64,000 nucleotides of DNA from Centroscyllium fabricii (GCA_051313645.2 JBNRSN020000017.1:19840001-19904000), one strand, 5' to 3'. Positions 1 through 14,003 are shown, counted from the first letter of the stretch. Notes: a model not told the origin generated them from the letters alone. A program made the numbers and translations.

Positions 1-1655
1 GCAAAATTAATACTGGAGAACAGATATGGATTGTACCAGTTCAAACAAGTTTATTCATCAACCAAGTGTATTGACGGCACTTTGCATGGTAGAGTCAGTG
101 AGGAAAACCAATGTGCATAACATGTCTGAACCACATGGGGGTCATCATCAATGCCAAGTCTGACGCTGGGCAGTCAAAAGCACATTTTCACCAAGCGGCC
201 TGTTGTCATGCAAACTGGATCTTTACTTTAAAAAGAGATCAGTTATTAAATCTTCTACAAGATCAGCTCTATACTGTTTTGACAAAAGAAGTGTTTAAAT
301 CATTCCCATTTCAGATATACACTACTTAGGGAGAATTAATTAGCACAATTCAACCACCCCAATGGAAACATTTTCTTGCAGTTATCAGTTCCATATTTCT
401 TGAAGTTAACTTTCCTAAAAAAAAATCCACTTTATAACTATTCTGATTCATTGAGAAGGATATTTTTCTCAGACAGCTTCTTAAAGCATTCAGAAAAGAA
501 AATGCACTACTAAAAATAGGGGATGTTCAATTTGAAAATACAGGGTCTAAAATGACAGCTAATTAACGGGGCTAGGAGCTGATGCCAAAAGCGTAGATTG
601 TAGGTCCTCGGAGCTGTAAAGGGCTGGGAGATGCCTGACAGAACAAGCTTCTAGGTGCTCCAGCATGAAATGTGTTCTCTTCAAATCAGGATCAACACCT
701 CCAAGTTCACACAATATGAAGCGTCAAATGTATTCACCCCAATACCTCAGCATGCCTAGCTTATACTACAGGCATAAAAAGTATTTTTGTCTGAGCGTTC
801 GGTACAAGAATACTGTCTCGCCGATTTCTGAATGTTTGTTTAGGAGAACTTCCAAGATGGAAAGAAATCCAAGCATAACCATTAGTGCGATGTCGATTTG
901 AGTGCTGCTTGATGATCAGACTGGGCAACTTGACATCAAGTTAAACTAGTTGATAAATCCAGCCATGAGAAAAATTCAGTAGATCGGCAAATCAAGTGTG
1001 ACAAGCATAGCAAAGTGAAATCACAAAAATCACACGTCCGAAAATTTTGCCAGAAGATACAATTAGTCTATAATCTCAGAATTTAATTTACTTCTCGCAG
1101 CTTTATTTAAAAATGTAGGAATAACTCTTGAATCCAGCCAAATTAGCCCAATTCTTTCCCTGTCTCAATCTACTTGATTGAATTTGCAGCAAGTAGCCTG
1201 GGGACAGTTAATGGTCGACAAGGGTTACAGTACTTTCAATACCATGCGACTCCAAGACGTTAGTTCAATGTAACTTCAAGTAATTACATGACAAGCAAGA
1301 GATGTTCATTTATGCACTGCCACCGAGTACAGCAAATATGGGCGCAGTTCAAGCAATCAAACAAAATGGACAGATTCACGAGTCAGCAGGAGTAGAGGAA
1401 CAGGCTTGGTGCCAAGACAGGAGATGACATTGGTCCATAAATCATCCTAAAATGACAGGGAAAGCTGGATGTGTAGAACAACTTTCACCTGCTTCGAGAT
1501 TGTTATCTTGTAATTCACCGATATCCAGCAACACAAGTTTTTAAAAGATTTTCCCAAAATGTTTTCATCAAGGGAGTGGGGGAAAAAAAAAAAAACAGAA
1601 TTATAGGGCAATTGTTCTTGCTGGAAAAAAAATCAGGAACTAATTTCCACAAAAG

Positions 1656-1855
1656 AAATAGCTTTGAAAGGTAGGTGTAGCACCGGAGATGAAATGGCTT
1701 TGAAAGGTAGGTGTAGTACCGGAGATAAAACAGCTTTGAAAGGTCGATGTAGCACCTGGAGATAAAACAGCTTTGACAGGTAGGTGTAGCACCCAGAGAT
1801 GAAATGGTTCTAAACAGTTAGTGTAGCACCTGAGATTAAATAGCTTTAAACAGGG
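1656..1855. repeat. 36-37 bp minisatellite, ~5.5 copies (aaatagctttgaaaggtaggtgtagcaccggagatg)
   Basis: Units start at 1656, 1692, 1728, 1765, 1802 and 1838, diverging progressively. Confidence 0.85.
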
Positions 1856-2833
1856 CATCTGGCACTTCAGAAGCAACCATGTTAAAGATAGATAATTTTT
1901 TGCAAATAATTTGTTGCAAAATCCAGAGCACAAATTACATCTTAATGTCGGTTTTTACATGACCTGAAAAGCTGGGTGGATGCAACTTGTGGCATGACTG
2001 TGTATTTGGCAGATGGCACGAAAGTTGCAGATGTAACCAGTAAACCAGATTTTATGACTGTGGCTCTGGAGTACTTAAATGTAAAATTTAGCTGAACAGA
2101 TCAACACAGTCACTGATAGTAATTTAGATTGAAAGGAGACATCTTGGTTTATTTTCTCCACTGTCATCGAGTCAAAACGCATTTCTACTTTATGTCCTAC
2201 TTGCTGCGGCCGAAGGAAGTATAAATTGCTTAAGATAGGACATAGTAATTGTAACACTAAAATTTTAAAAAAGACACACATTCTAGACCAGCTATACAGA
2301 TTGATTAACTTGAACAGAGACGGCAGCAGTTTTCGCAAACAGGATAGTTTATCCCTCTTTTTGAGGCTTAAGCTTGTCTTTTGCACGATTAGCGGTGACT
2401 GAGCCAGGCTAAGTTGGGGACAAGACAGAACTGGAAGATTAAATCTTCGAACGTGAATAAATTATTTATTTATCGAATCATTACCGAAGTCTGATAAACA
2501 GCAGGTAAAGTGAGCTGTTGCAATTAACAAGTGTAAGTGTAAAGCTTCATCGTCAGTCCTAGAACAAACGTGAATCTTAATCATCAGTGATGATGTTGGC
2601 ATGGTGCACTGGAATACTAATGTACGGTGTCATGGAGAAGTCAGATACAAGTGACATACGTGATGGCCCGCCGAGAGGCTCAGCAGCACACAGCAAAACA
2701 GAAGTGGCCTTCCCCAGGAAGGAAACCCAACTTCCACTCTCTTTGTGCTGCTCAAAGGTGGCTCATTCCAGAATGGCACTGGTAGAGAAGTAGAAGCAGG
2801 AAGCCTGCTGGGCCACTCAGTGGGACAATCAAT

Positions 2834-3202
2834 GGGCGGCACGGTGGCATAGTGGTTCGCACTGTTGCCTCACAGCACTAGAGACTCGGGTTCAAATCCA
2901 GCCTCGGGTACTATCTGTGTGGAGTTTGCACATTCTCCCCGTGTCTGCGTGGGTTTCCTCCGGGTGCTCCGGTTTCCTCCCACAGTCCAAAGATGTGCGG
3001 GTTAGGTTGATTGGCCATGATAAATTGACCCTTAGTGTTAGGGGGTTTGAATATGTGGGGTTACGGGGATAGGGTGGGATATGGGGACAAGGCAGGGGCC
3101 GGGTTTGGATGATCAGCCATGATCTCATTGAATGGCGGAGCAGGCTCGAAGGGCCGAATGGCCTACTCCTGCTCCTATCTTCTATGTTTCTATGTTTCTA
3201 TG
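2834..3202 (+). mobile_element. HE1-type tRNA-derived V-SINE, full length
   Basis: Head gggcggcacggtggcatagtggtt with pol III A/B boxes (gggttcaaatcc), V-domain core gtttgcacattctccccgtgtctgcgtgggtttcctcc, CR1-type tail ending in ctatgttt repeats. Confidence 0.9.
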
Positions 3203-3313
3203 ATGCAATGCATGGGCAAGGCCCAGGCACCAGCGAAAACCTATTTCCGGCTGGGCAGGGGGGAAAGGCAGCACATCTTCAAAAATATCATTTATTTTTA
3301 AAAAGCCACTTAC

Positions 3314-3379
3314 TTGTGCAATCTGTCATTTATTCCACCCTGCATTACACGAGTGTACGAGAAGGGAAACCATCCTCTC
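3314..3379 (-). CDS. BAIAP2: BAIAP2 exon (exon 11 orthologue), end of SH3: RGWFPFSYTRVMQGGINDRLH
   Basis: 66 bp, phase 2/2, ttccag acceptor, gtaagt donor; RGWFPFSYTRV identical to human. Confidence 0.95.
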
Positions 3380-3487
3380 CTGGAAACAGAGTGATAGAAT
3401 TATTGGGTCATATACTCTTACACTGAATAAAAATACCAAGTGTCTCTAATGTCAACACGAGACAGTCAAGTTGGTCATGCCATATAA

Positions 3488-4328
3488 GGGTACGGTGGCG
3501 TAGTGGTTATGTTACTGGGCTAGTAATCCAGAGGCCTGGACTAATGATCCATTAGTTCAGATCCCACCATGGCCGCTGGGAAATTTAAATTCAGTTAATT
3601 AAATAAAACTGGAATAAAAAGCTAGCATCAGTAATGGTGACCATGAAACTACTGTTTTGTTGTAAAAACCCATCTGGTTCACTAATGTCCTTTCAGGAAG
3701 GAAATCTGCTGCCCTTACCCGGTCTGGCCTATATGTGACTCCAGACTCACAGCAATGTGGTTGACCCTTAACTGCCCTCTGAAATGGCCTAGCACAGGGG
3801 TCCCCAACCGCCGGACCGTGGCCCGGTACCGGGCCGTGGAACATTTTTACCGGGCCGCAGCCGCAGAAGGAATGTTCGCCGCCCGCACCCCAGCTCCCTC
3901 CGCCCCGGGCCGCAGCAGGAATGTTCGCCGCCCGCACCGCAGCACCCCCCGCCCCGGTCCGCGAACCCCCCCCACCAGCACCCCCCCCCTCCCAGGTCCA
4001 TGAAAAACACCCCGCCAGCCCCCGCCCCGGTCCGTCAAAAAACCCTCGCCAGCACCTCCCCTCCCCCGCTCAGTGAAAAAAACTCCGCCAGCAGCCCCCC
4101 CCCCCCCCCGGTCTAGCTCAAAATGGTCCGTGGTCCAAAAAAGGTTGGGGACCGCTGGCCTAGCAAGCCACTCAGTTGTAACAAACCGCTACAAAGGAAT
4201 ATAACAGCACTGTGGGAGTACCTTCACCACATGGACTGCAGCGGCTCACCACCACCTTCTCGCGGGCAATTAAGGATGGGCAATAAATTCTGGCCTTGCC
4301 AGCGACGCCCACATCCCATGAATAAATT
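3488..4328 (+). mobile_element. tRNA-derived SINE (second family), split by a hAT MITE
   Basis: Head ggtggcgtagtggtt...gttcagatccc; body ggttcactaatgtcc...ctctgaaatggcctagca resumes after the insertion; tail gccagcgacgcccacatcccatgaataaa; related pieces at ~4745-5000(-), ~16975-17215(-), ~44390-44445(-), ~62760-62860(+). Confidence 0.7.
3795..4157. mobile_element. Non-autonomous hAT (Charlie/MER1-like) MITE
   Basis: TIRs caggggtccccaacc / ggttggggaccgctg; perfect 8-bp TSD gcctagca at 3787-3794 and 4158-4165. Confidence 0.9.
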
Positions 4329-4417
4329 TTAAAAATACTATATATAGAGTTATTTGCCTGTAACAAAGATGAAAGGACCGGAAGAAAATATGAATGCACA
4401 GTAAGGTGGTTACTTAC

Positions 4418-4619
4418 ATCCGCGTCTTTTCATTTTCTCCATAATGCCAGCCATCCTTGGCCTCAGGAACCAACAATGTGATGACATCGCCTTCGGTGAA
4501 GCTCAGCAGCGTGATGTTGCCTGCTGCCTGATGTGAAAAAATAGCTTGTACTTTGGCCCTTCCATTCTTTTCTAGCCCAGCAGCCATAGAGCTGGATCTG
4601 GGTAAAGTCCTGTTCTCAG
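4418..4619 (-). CDS. BAIAP2: BAIAP2 exon (exon 10 orthologue), SH3 domain: AENRTLPRSSSMAAGLEKNGRAKVQAIFSHQAAGNITLLSFTEGDVITLLVPEAKDGWHYGENEKTR(M)
   Basis: 202 bp, phase 1/2, attcag acceptor, gtaagt donor; matches the human TLPRSSSMAAGLE...DGWHYGE SH3 region. Confidence 0.97.
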
Positions 4620-6182
4620 CTGAATAGTAAGAAAAGGCGAGGTCACATAGGGTACAAAAACAAGGAAAATGTATCCCACTATTTGCTAAACATCATTCTC
4701 ACCATTTTCCAGTTTCTCCCTGGCATAAGGATACATTTTTTTTTTAACTCTCAATGCATTTATTGCCCATCACTAGTGTGCCTTCTATCCAACGGAGTGA
4801 CTTGTTCGGGACTTTAAATGAGTCGTGTGGGACTGGAGTCATGTGTAGGCCAGACCAGATAGGGAGACAGGTTCCCTTGAAGGGCATTAGTGAAGCAGTT
4901 AGATCTTTAATGACAATCCCACTGCTTTCAATGGCTGGGGCCATCTGATGTATGACCAGATTTAATGGATTCAATTTCATATCTTGCTATAGTGGGGTTT
5001 CAATTCATGACCTCTGGACTGACAGTGCCATGAACGCAGGGGTGTTCTGGGATTACAGCATTTCCCACTCCCCATGCCCAAAATTCATTAAAAGGTCAAA
5101 AAGTAATGGCCAGGAACCAGGAGAGTGAACGTGTCAGTAAATATCATGGGTGAGAAAGGGTCTACCATCGAAGGCAACAGTCATCTCTCCAACATTGGCA
5201 CCCGTGCCAGTGACAACACCCACATATAAAACCAGTCAGCAGCAAACCTACTACTTGGGAGTGTAGTGAAAGCAAACTGCTGCAGTTACAGAAGGGAAAG
5301 GTATGCAGATGTCCTTAATCCATATTTAACACTACATTCACTACTGTATTACATCTTCATTTCCAAATCTCAATTTAAGTGAAACTTAAAAAAAAAAAAG
5401 CACTACTAATGCGACCATTCACTTTCCAAACAGCAGCCCTGGCATTGTGGCATGTACAAACATCTGTTTTGACCACATCCCCACCCATACCAGCAATGCA
5501 CAAGATAAACTCCACACAAGCAACTTTTGCTGAGCGCAAAGCAAACTGCATTAGCAAATGAGTATCTCTGTTGCAATCCGACACCATGAGGTACTGGCCT
5601 GCTCATCACTTCTAGGATAAACATGTATTTTATCTATTTGCTAAGCTATTTACCTGATATACATTGAGCGGTCTTTTGGTGAAAAATTGAGATAGCAGTA
5701 TCAGACAATGTCCAGAATGTCAGCTATTGTAAAACAATGACGTCAACATGACCACATCACAGTACCACACAATGGAATGCAGTTATTTATAGAATTGACA
5801 GGGCCTATTAACAGTAGAGAGGGTTTGAAATGTTAATGTTGATATATAACTGGAGTGGGGGGTGGTCTTATGAGTCAGTAGGAATGCAACTATCACAAGA
5901 CTGCCTCAACTATTAAGGTGATAGACATTTGCTCTGTGTATTAAGGGGGGTAAGGGTTAAGTACATTTCACAACCACTTTGCATCAAGTCCACACCCAGT
6001 TAAATACTGGTTCTGATTAAAGAAACATACAAGTCAGCACAGGACTGTTGTCTATAGTATGTTATATCTCTTGTGTTTAAGTGCCATTTATATAATATAT
6101 ACACACACATATATGCTGATATTACTGCTTGAATATTTGTCCCCATTATTACTAATCAATGCCTAGATCAGTGGCCACTCAC

Positions 6183-6384
6183 CTAACAAAGGACTGGTTT
6201 TCAATGGCATTGCTTTGCGTGTGGGCAGTGTGTTGGAGTAGACATCATTCTGCTGTCTTGGAAGTTGGGGTGGTGAAGGAGGCTTTGGTTTGATATCAGG
6301 CCGGCCAGGGTGCTGATAGTCCACATGATGTGAATTTGATAGGTCACCATTAGGCACTAGTGAAATGTCCTGGCCCATCATGAG
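6183..6384 (-). CDS. BAIAP2: BAIAP2 exon (exon 9 orthologue): LMMGQDISLVPNG...PPSPPQLPRQQNDVYSNTLPTRKAMPLKTSPLL
   Basis: 202 bp, phase 0/1, tttcag acceptor, gtgagt donor; YSNTLP 14-3-3 site conserved; ORF 6163..6381. Confidence 0.93.
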
Positions 6385-6716
6385 CTGAAATGGAAACAGA
6401 AAAAAAATTGTTACTCAGTATCTAACTTTGTGAAAATAAAAATCAGCTTTTCTGAAAGAGTGCATCTTCCATATCTTTGTAGTTGCACAAGGCCAAAATT
6501 AGCAGTGTTGCATTATTTCAGTGCTGTACAACATTTGCAATCATCAGCCTTCAAGATTTTTCCCTCAATAATAATAATCCTGCTTTTTTGTCAAATACAA
6601 TAGACTCTCGGTGGAGTTTGACAAGTCAAAAATTTGCTCTGACTGCTTGATCTTTAGTTACCAGTGGCCAAATAATCTGAAGGTTTACCTTGGATTTCAG
6701 TCTTACAAATCTAGTT

Positions 6717-7109
6717 CATAGAAACATAGAAGATAGGAGGAGTAGGCCATTCGGCCCTTCGAGCCTGCTCCGCCATTCAATGAGATCATGTCTGATCATC
6801 CAAACCCAGTACCTGCTCACTCCCCATATCCTTTGATCCCTATCGAGCCTGCACCGACACATATCCCACCCTATCCCCGTAACCCCACATATTCAACCGC
6901 CCTAACACTAAGGGTCAATTTATCCTGGCCAATCAACCTAACCCGCACATCTTTGGACTGTGGGAGGAAACCGGAGCACCCGGAGGAAACCCACGCAGAC
7001 ACGGGGAGAATGTGCAAACTCCACACAGTCAGTACCCGAGGCTGGATTTGAACTCGGGTCTCCAGTGCTGTGAGACAACAGTGCTAACCACTGTGCCACC
7101 GTGCCGCCC
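6717..7109 (-). mobile_element. HE1-type V-SINE, full length
   Basis: Reverse complement of the 2834 copy. Confidence 0.9.
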
Positions 7110-7244
7110 AAGTTATGCAAGTCCTTAGATAAGCTTCCTTTACTGTGACAGCAACATCAAACTGTGTAATTAAAACCCTATTTGTTCTCCGATCTCCACT
7201 TATTTTACCAACTTTACAAAATTCATACCAAGCGGCTTTTACCA

Positions 7245-7785
7245 ATTACACAGAAATTACAGCAGGGAAATTAGCCATTCAGCCCAACCAGTACGAGTTG
7301 GAGTTTATCCTCCATACGAGAAGTAGTCTAATCCCATGTGGCTGCCCTCTTCTGATAGCCCTTTATTCCCTTTTCCTTCAACCACCTCGCTAACCTAGTC
7401 TTAAATGTGGATATAGTTTCCATTTCAATCACTAACTCTATTAGTGCATTCCACACCTCACAGCCCTTTTAAAAAAAGGTTTCTCCTGCTCTGTGTCCTA
7501 AAACTCTTACTTTTAATTTTATATCTATGTTCCCTTGTTTTAGACCATTCAAACAGTCTGTTTGCACCTAGTCTGTCCTATTAACACCTTTATCAAATCA
7601 CCTCGTAATCGTCTCTGTGCTAATAAAAACAGACCCAATTTTTCAAGTCCTTCTTTGTATTTCCTTGTACCAGGCGGCATCCCGAATTAATTTGTGCTGT
7701 ACGTTCCATATTGCCTCAACATCCTTCCTGTAGTGTGGAGCCCAAAACTGCACACAGCACTCCAACTGTAATCTTACCATGGTTT
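7245..7785 (-). mobile_element. Old degenerate CR1 LINE 3' fragment
   Basis: cctgtagtgtggagcccaaaactgcacacagcactcca reads in reverse as LExCVQFWAPHYR; followed by a decayed CR1 3' region. Confidence 0.65.
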
Positions 7786-8067
7786 GAAATTGATTCACCA
7801 CTACACTTGGCATTGTGCTCTTCCTGCTATGAAGGTGAATCTAAAACTAAACTGGCTTGCTATTATTTAATCATTGTTTACATCAGAAGGAGCATATAGA
7901 ATGATTGAAGGAGAATGAATGGAATTCAATTCTTTATACAAAAATGAGAATAAAGACTAGTTGGTCATATTCAGACAATTTAGAGCCCATAGGTACAACA
8001 CAAAAGTTAGTGAATCTAAGGAATATCACAACATTAGTTTCTCTACAAATAGTTTTGTATTGCTTAA

Positions 8068-9306
8068 CTGACCAACTTGATTGAATTTTTCGAGGGGGTG
8101 ACTAGGCGTGTGGACGAAGGTAGTGCAGTGGATGTGGTATACTTGGATTTCAGTAAGGCTTTTGATAAAGTCCCGCATAGGAGACTGGTCAAGAAGGTAA
8201 GAGCCCATGGGATCCAGGGCACCTTGGCACAGTGGATCCAAAAGGCAGAGGGTGATGGTCGAAGGTTGTTTTTGTGACTGGAAGCCTGTGTCCAGTGGGG
8301 TACCGCAGGGATCGGTGCTGGGTCCCTTGCTGTTTGTAGTCTATATTAATGATTTGGATATGAATGTAAAAGGTATGATCAGTAAGTTCGCTGATGACAC
8401 GAAAATTGATGGGGTGGTAGATAGTGAGGAGGGAAGCCTCAGTCTGCAGGACGATATAGATGGGTTGGTCAGATGGGCGGAGCAGTGGCAAATGGAATTT
8501 AACCCTGAAAAGTGTGAGGTGATGCATTTTGGAAGGACTAACAAGGCAAGGGAATACACAATGAATGGTAAGACCCTAGGAAAGACAGAGGATCAGACAG
8601 ACCTTGGTGTGCATGTACATAGATCCCTGAAGGCAGCAGGACAGGTGGATAAGGTGGATAAAAAGGCATATGGGATACTTGCCTTCATTAGCCGAGGCAT
8701 AGAATATAAGAGCAGGGAGGTTATGATGGAGCTGTACAAAACGCTGGTAAGGCCACAGCTGGAGTATTGTGTGCAGTTCTGGTCGCCACACTATAGAAAG
8801 GATGTGATTGCCTTGGAGAGGGTGCAGAGGAGATTCACCAGGATGTTACCTGGGCTGGAGTGTTTCAGCTATGAAGAAAGACTGGGCAGGCTGGGGTTGT
8901 TTTTCTTGGAGCAGAGAAGCTGAGGGGGGGGGGGGACCTGATTGAGGAGTACAAAATTATGAGGGGCATAGATAGGGTAGATAGAAAGGAACTTTTTCCC
9001 TTGGTAGAGGGGTTAATAACAAGGGGACATAGTTTCAAGGTAAGGGGCGGGAGGTTTAGAGGGGATTTGAGGAAGAACTTTTTCACCCAGAGGGTGGTTG
9101 GAATCTGGAACTCACTGCCTGAAAGGGTGGTAGAGGCAGGAACCCTCACAACATTCAAGAAGCATTTGGATGAGCACTTGAAATGCCATAGCATACAAGG
9201 CTACGGACCAAATGCAGGAAAATGGGATTAGAATAGACTGGGCTTGATGGCCGGCACGGACACGATGGGCCGAAGGGCCTCTTTCTGTGCTGTAAAACTC
9301 TGACTC
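8068..9306 (+). mobile_element. CR1 LINE, 5'-truncated; RT C-terminal part with frameshifts
   Basis: ORFs 8077-8277, 8207-8923 and 8959-9231 contain VYLDFSKAFDKVPH, GVPQGSVLGP, KFADDTK and LEYCVQFWSPHY; 3' UTR ends actctgactct. Confidence 0.95.
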
Positions 9307-10777
9307 TTAACGAGCCGGGGATGTTGGTCATTATAATAATGAGTCAACCACAACATGATCAGCAGTTATTTGACAATATACTCTCATTGCCCATCAGCTA
9401 ATTGCAAAACACCAAACAGGTGCTAGGGACATGCAATAAGACAGAAATTAGCTCTACTTAATGCAAAAAAATAAATGTTTAGTCAGATTTCTATCTGCAT
9501 TAGAATGGAAATTTTATTCAAGAGCTCAAATTTAGTGGCAGTAGAATGGACAAGGTTACTTCCTGTAAGTAACCTTAGATATGCAATATAGCTAGACAGA
9601 ATCAATCTACTTATTAAATCTAAAGAAATTTTCAGAATACCAAAGCACTGAGAGAGCAAAATCAGCTAACATAAATTAGACAAAATTAATTAAATCTTCA
9701 ACAGAGACAAGTACTCCTACTGAAATGGGTGCAAAGATTTGCAATTCTGGTGTGAGTAACTGGTCTGTCTGTTCCAGTCTTACTGGGGAGAGATCAATGG
9801 AAATCACTGTTTAGATGGACAGTGAGTGACAACTTCAATTCATGCTCGCATTAGAATTTTATAAAGAAGTACGCATGAAGTGTACATTTTGCAAATTAAT
9901 AAATCTGTTGCAAATCCCCTTGCAGAGTGTGTAGCACCATGCAATTACTTCCCAGACAGGGTTTGGGTCACAAATTGCTTGACATCTGTTGTCATTGCTA
10001 TTCAATGATTAGCTGTTGGAGGCGTCATTCATTTCGGATGAAGCCAGTTATTTCCCTTCCTGCAGTGATAAAGACGCACTTGATAACATTGCTGGCTAGG
10101 CCAACTGAAAACTGACCAGACCTACCAAGCAAGGCTAGTGTGTTCAAATAAAAGACAGATCATAACCTGTTCAGACGTGAAGTCTCCTATTATTAGAGCT
10201 ATTAGGGTACCCTACATCCATAAGGACACAAGGCAGCAATGGTGAAAGGATGAAAGGCTCACCTAGGTACCGGTTATTTAAGTCCAGGTTCAAAATGCGC
10301 ACAGACCATAAATCTCATTATTGGAGCTTCACTAAATTTCTATATATAACTTAAACAGTGGAGCACTCTTGAATTGTATCCAAAGCCTTTTTCATGAGAA
10401 TCCATACAATAAGTCTACGTATTGACAGTGCAATTCCATGAAAGATTTGAAGAAATGCAACACCAGTTAAACCCATTTGGAAATGATCCAAACCATTTTT
10501 TTTTTTTTTTTTTAAAGGAATTACCTGTGTGTTTTTTTAATTCATTCACGGGATGTGGGCGTCACTGGCATTTATTTCCCATCCCTAATAGAGCCACTAG
10601 CATTTACACAAATGTTTAGTGGAGAAGCGCACTAAAATATCCGCACTTTACATCATTTGCAAGTGACTGAAACAATCAATGAACTGATGGATGTCTAGAA
10701 TACACTGCCCGATCCCAGTTTGCACTGGTTACAGTTAACTATATAGAGTTAACTAATTTAATCACAGTTGTTTAATA

Positions 10778-11134
10778 CAGGTTGAACACTGTTAATCAGT
10801 TACCCGAAAAGCCGGCAACTTCGAACGTCCAGCAACGATTTCCCCGACTGCCCGGCGCATGCGCAAATGGCCGCTGCGATTCATGCTTTGGCGAATGATC
10901 TGCGCTGCCGAACGGCGAGCGCATGCGCAGACCATTCAAAACTTCCGCTGGCCATTTTGAATGATCTGCACATGCGCTTACCGTTCGGCGGCGCACGCAC
11001 AGATCATTCAAAATTTCGCGCCGGCCATTTTGAATGCTGTGCGCATGCGCCGCCGTGGCTTCAATCATTCGGCGTTTTCAACAATCCGGTCGGGTGCTGG
11101 TCCCGACCCTGCCGGATTAACGGTGTTCAACCTG
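10778..11134. mobile_element. Tigger/pogo-like MITE, family copy A
   Basis: TA|caggttgaacactgttaatc ... gattaacggtgttcaacctg|TA; gcgcatgcgc-rich interior. Confidence 0.85.
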
Positions 11135-11570
11135 TATTTACTTTTCTCAAAATTAATATCGCTTACAGCCAGTAATCACTGCACTGTAACTACTTTTAGT
11201 AGATAATTACACATACATGAATACACCTATTTGTATCTTATAAAATAATTAACTTTAGATTCATTTTAAAGAGAATGCCATTCATTCTAAAAAATCATTT
11301 TTATTATACCATAAAAACCGATGGTTATCAACACCAAGCAGAATCCAATATTTAAACTGGCATCATTATGCTACTTGAATAACTCCTGGTCATTGTTTGA
11401 CATTCATGTGTCTCTGAAGTCAAGGGAGCACATTTCTCAGCTGCACTCAATTAGAATATTTTTTGGCTCCACACACTGCAATATAATAAAAGGCATTTCC
11501 AGATGGCAACCTTATCTCGGTGTACCGTTTCAGTACCAAAAGAGTTTTTTTTATTTTTTTTAAAGTAAAC

Positions 11571-11700
11571 TACTGCAGATGCCAGAATTCTAGAAACAAA
11601 TACAGAAACGGCTGGAAATACTGAGCAGGTCAGGCAGCGTCGGTGGAGAAACAGATGCCAGGCAGTCAGCATTTCAGGTCCAACGACCCTTACACAGAAG
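11571..11700 (-). mobile_element. Penelope-like terminal-repeat fragment with a degenerate hammerhead core
   Basis: gctggaaatactgagcaggtcaggcagc is the reverse of the 21021 fragment; minus strand reads ctgtgtaagggtcgttggacctgaaatgc. Confidence 0.6.
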
Positions 11701-11715
11701 GAAGGCTCTTGTTAA

Positions 11716-11883
11716 AGGGTGGGATATGTGTCTGTGCAGGTTCGGTAGGGATCGAGGGATATGGGGACAAGGCAGGGACGGGGTACTGGGTTTGGATGAT
11801 CAGCCATGATCTCATTGAATGGCAGAGCAGGCTCGAAGGGCCGAATGGCCTTCTCCTGCTCCTATCTTCTATGTCTATGTCTA
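11716..11883 (+). mobile_element. HE1-type SINE, 3' fragment
   Basis: Matches the 3' half and tail of the 2834 and 63684 copies. Confidence 0.85.
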
Positions 11884-13222
11884 AATTCCCACAACTTGCA
11901 GATTCTCTTTTTTTGTCATTCCTTATTAGAGATAGTCTGACAGGACAAATCCAGTTGAGCCGACACATCGCATTATCCTCATCAAATAACTAACCCATTC
12001 TGTATTGCAAGTATGATCTGAAAGTTGCATAGCTACCAATGCATTTAAAATTCCTTTTCCTTTCTACATACCCAGAACCAACCATGGGCAAAGGTACACT
12101 TTTTTTCCCCATTTGAGAAATCTGAAAGTAGGGAGGCTAAGACAATTCTATAGCGGAGTAATATCTGTGATATGAACCCACCTACAGGGGACTTTCCTGA
12201 CCTCAGTATTAAAAATGCACTCATTTAACAAGCTCCTCTACAGTGCACCATTGTCACCAATTTCATTCAAGTCTATGTGAATGCCTCAGAATAATTCAAA
12301 TCAGTTGCTGCAGTTGTCAACCAAACCACTAACTGGGGCATCATCTGCTCCCCAGAAATGGGAAAGGAAATATTGGGTCATGGACGAGAACTTCTACTAA
12401 CCAATTCCCAACAGTTAACCTGTCAAGAGCCAAGCTGCAGTCGCAGTCTCCTAGCTGCAAGATAATGGGATAAAGGCTAGTAGTAGCTTATTAAGGAGGA
12501 AATGGAAGAGAATAAGGGAATCAATACATAAACAATTCAATAAACAGAATGTTAGGTGCTTGAGTATAACGTTGATTTGCATTTAATGAAGATAGGTACT
12601 GCAATAGTGTCGAAACTAAAGACTAAATTACTCCTTTCTCGTGGTCAGTGACTAAGAAACCAGCAGCATTTTGCTTACCTTGACATATAGAGATTGGTAT
12701 TCATTCAGTTTAAAATGGCAGTGTGCTTACAACTGTCAGTTGCAATACAGAAATTACCCCAACAGCATTTCACAATTTTCCTTTTATATAGGTGCAATAC
12801 CACTTGTCAGGCTTTCAGAAGCACCGACAATATGGGATTACTAAAGGAGAGTTAGTCTGTAATTAGCTTAATTATATGAACGTTTGCATCAACAACAAAA
12901 ATAAATTGTCAGGCCCATAAGAGGTGCTCTTGTTTCTATCTGATCAGAGATCCAGCATATCCTCTAGGAGTAACTCCCAATTGTTTGGAAAAAACCTGCG
13001 ACCAATTTCAGGGGAAAAAATCCTCTTGGGGAAACTGATCCATAAGGAGATCAAACAAGCGCCGGAAGACCCCGTTTCTCATTATGTGCTCGACAAACCT
13101 ATCCAACTCATAGCCCCTCTCCCTCGCCACCTCACCGATATGCCATCGAGTGAGTGGGAAGTGGGAAGAGGCAGAGGAATTCCCTGCAAACTTTATCACC
13201 TAGTCAGCAAGATGTTCATATT

Positions 13223-13617
13223 AAACATAGAAACATAGAAGATAGGAGCACGAGTAGGCCATTCGGCCCTTCGAGCCCGCTCCGCCATTCAATGAGATCA
13301 TGGCTGATCATCCAAACCCAGCACCCCGCCCCTGCCCTCCCCCATATCCCTATCAAGCCTGCACCGACACATATCCCACCCTATCCCCGTAACCCCACAT
13401 ATTCAATCCCCCTAACACTAAGGGTCAATTTATCCTGGCCAATCAACCTAACCCACACATCTTTGGACTGTGGGAGGAAACCGGAGCACCCGGAGGAAAC
13501 CCACGCAGACACGGGGAGAATGTGCAAACTCCACACAGATAGTCACCCGAGGCTGGATTTGAACCCGGGTCTCCAGAGCTGTGAGGCAACAGTGCTAACC
13601 ACTGTGCCACCATGCCG
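13223..13617 (-). mobile_element. HE1-type V-SINE
   Basis: Reverse complement of the 2834 copy. Confidence 0.9.
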
Positions 13618-14003
13618 TGAAGCAGATATGATTCATAAAGTCAGTTCCCCCCCCCGCCCCCAGTAACAATGCTGCACTCGCACAAGTAGTCGTGTAGTTG
13701 AAAACTAGTAAAACCAATTTGGACGATAGCAGGCAGAACAGGGCAGCCCTCGAGCTGAGAAGCCAACTGGGCATGATATTATTTCCTGTCACATAGCTCT
13801 AAAAACAAAAGTATAATTAGATAAACCGAGCAGCAGAGTAAAAGAACACTCAAAATGCACCTTTATACTGCTCTCTAATTTTATTCATGGATAAAAATAG
13901 ATTAAAATATCCAGCTTTTAAAACAAAAATGTTTTTAAACAGTTTCAAATACACTAAATAGACTTTGAGGGTCTAAATCATTGAGAAAATCATCAATACT
14001 TAC

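Noticed and set aside
1656-1855. 36-bp repeats as CRISPR direct repeats
   Set aside because: Head-to-tail with no spacers; an ordinary minisatellite.
2834-2905. tRNA gene
   Set aside because: tRNA-derived SINE head continuous with the V-domain and LINE tail; repeated in all full-length copies.
1-3313. Search for BAIAP2 exon 12 (KSSSTGNLL...PPPDY)
   Set aside because: No matching minus-strand sequence found by eye; presumed to lie outside the window.
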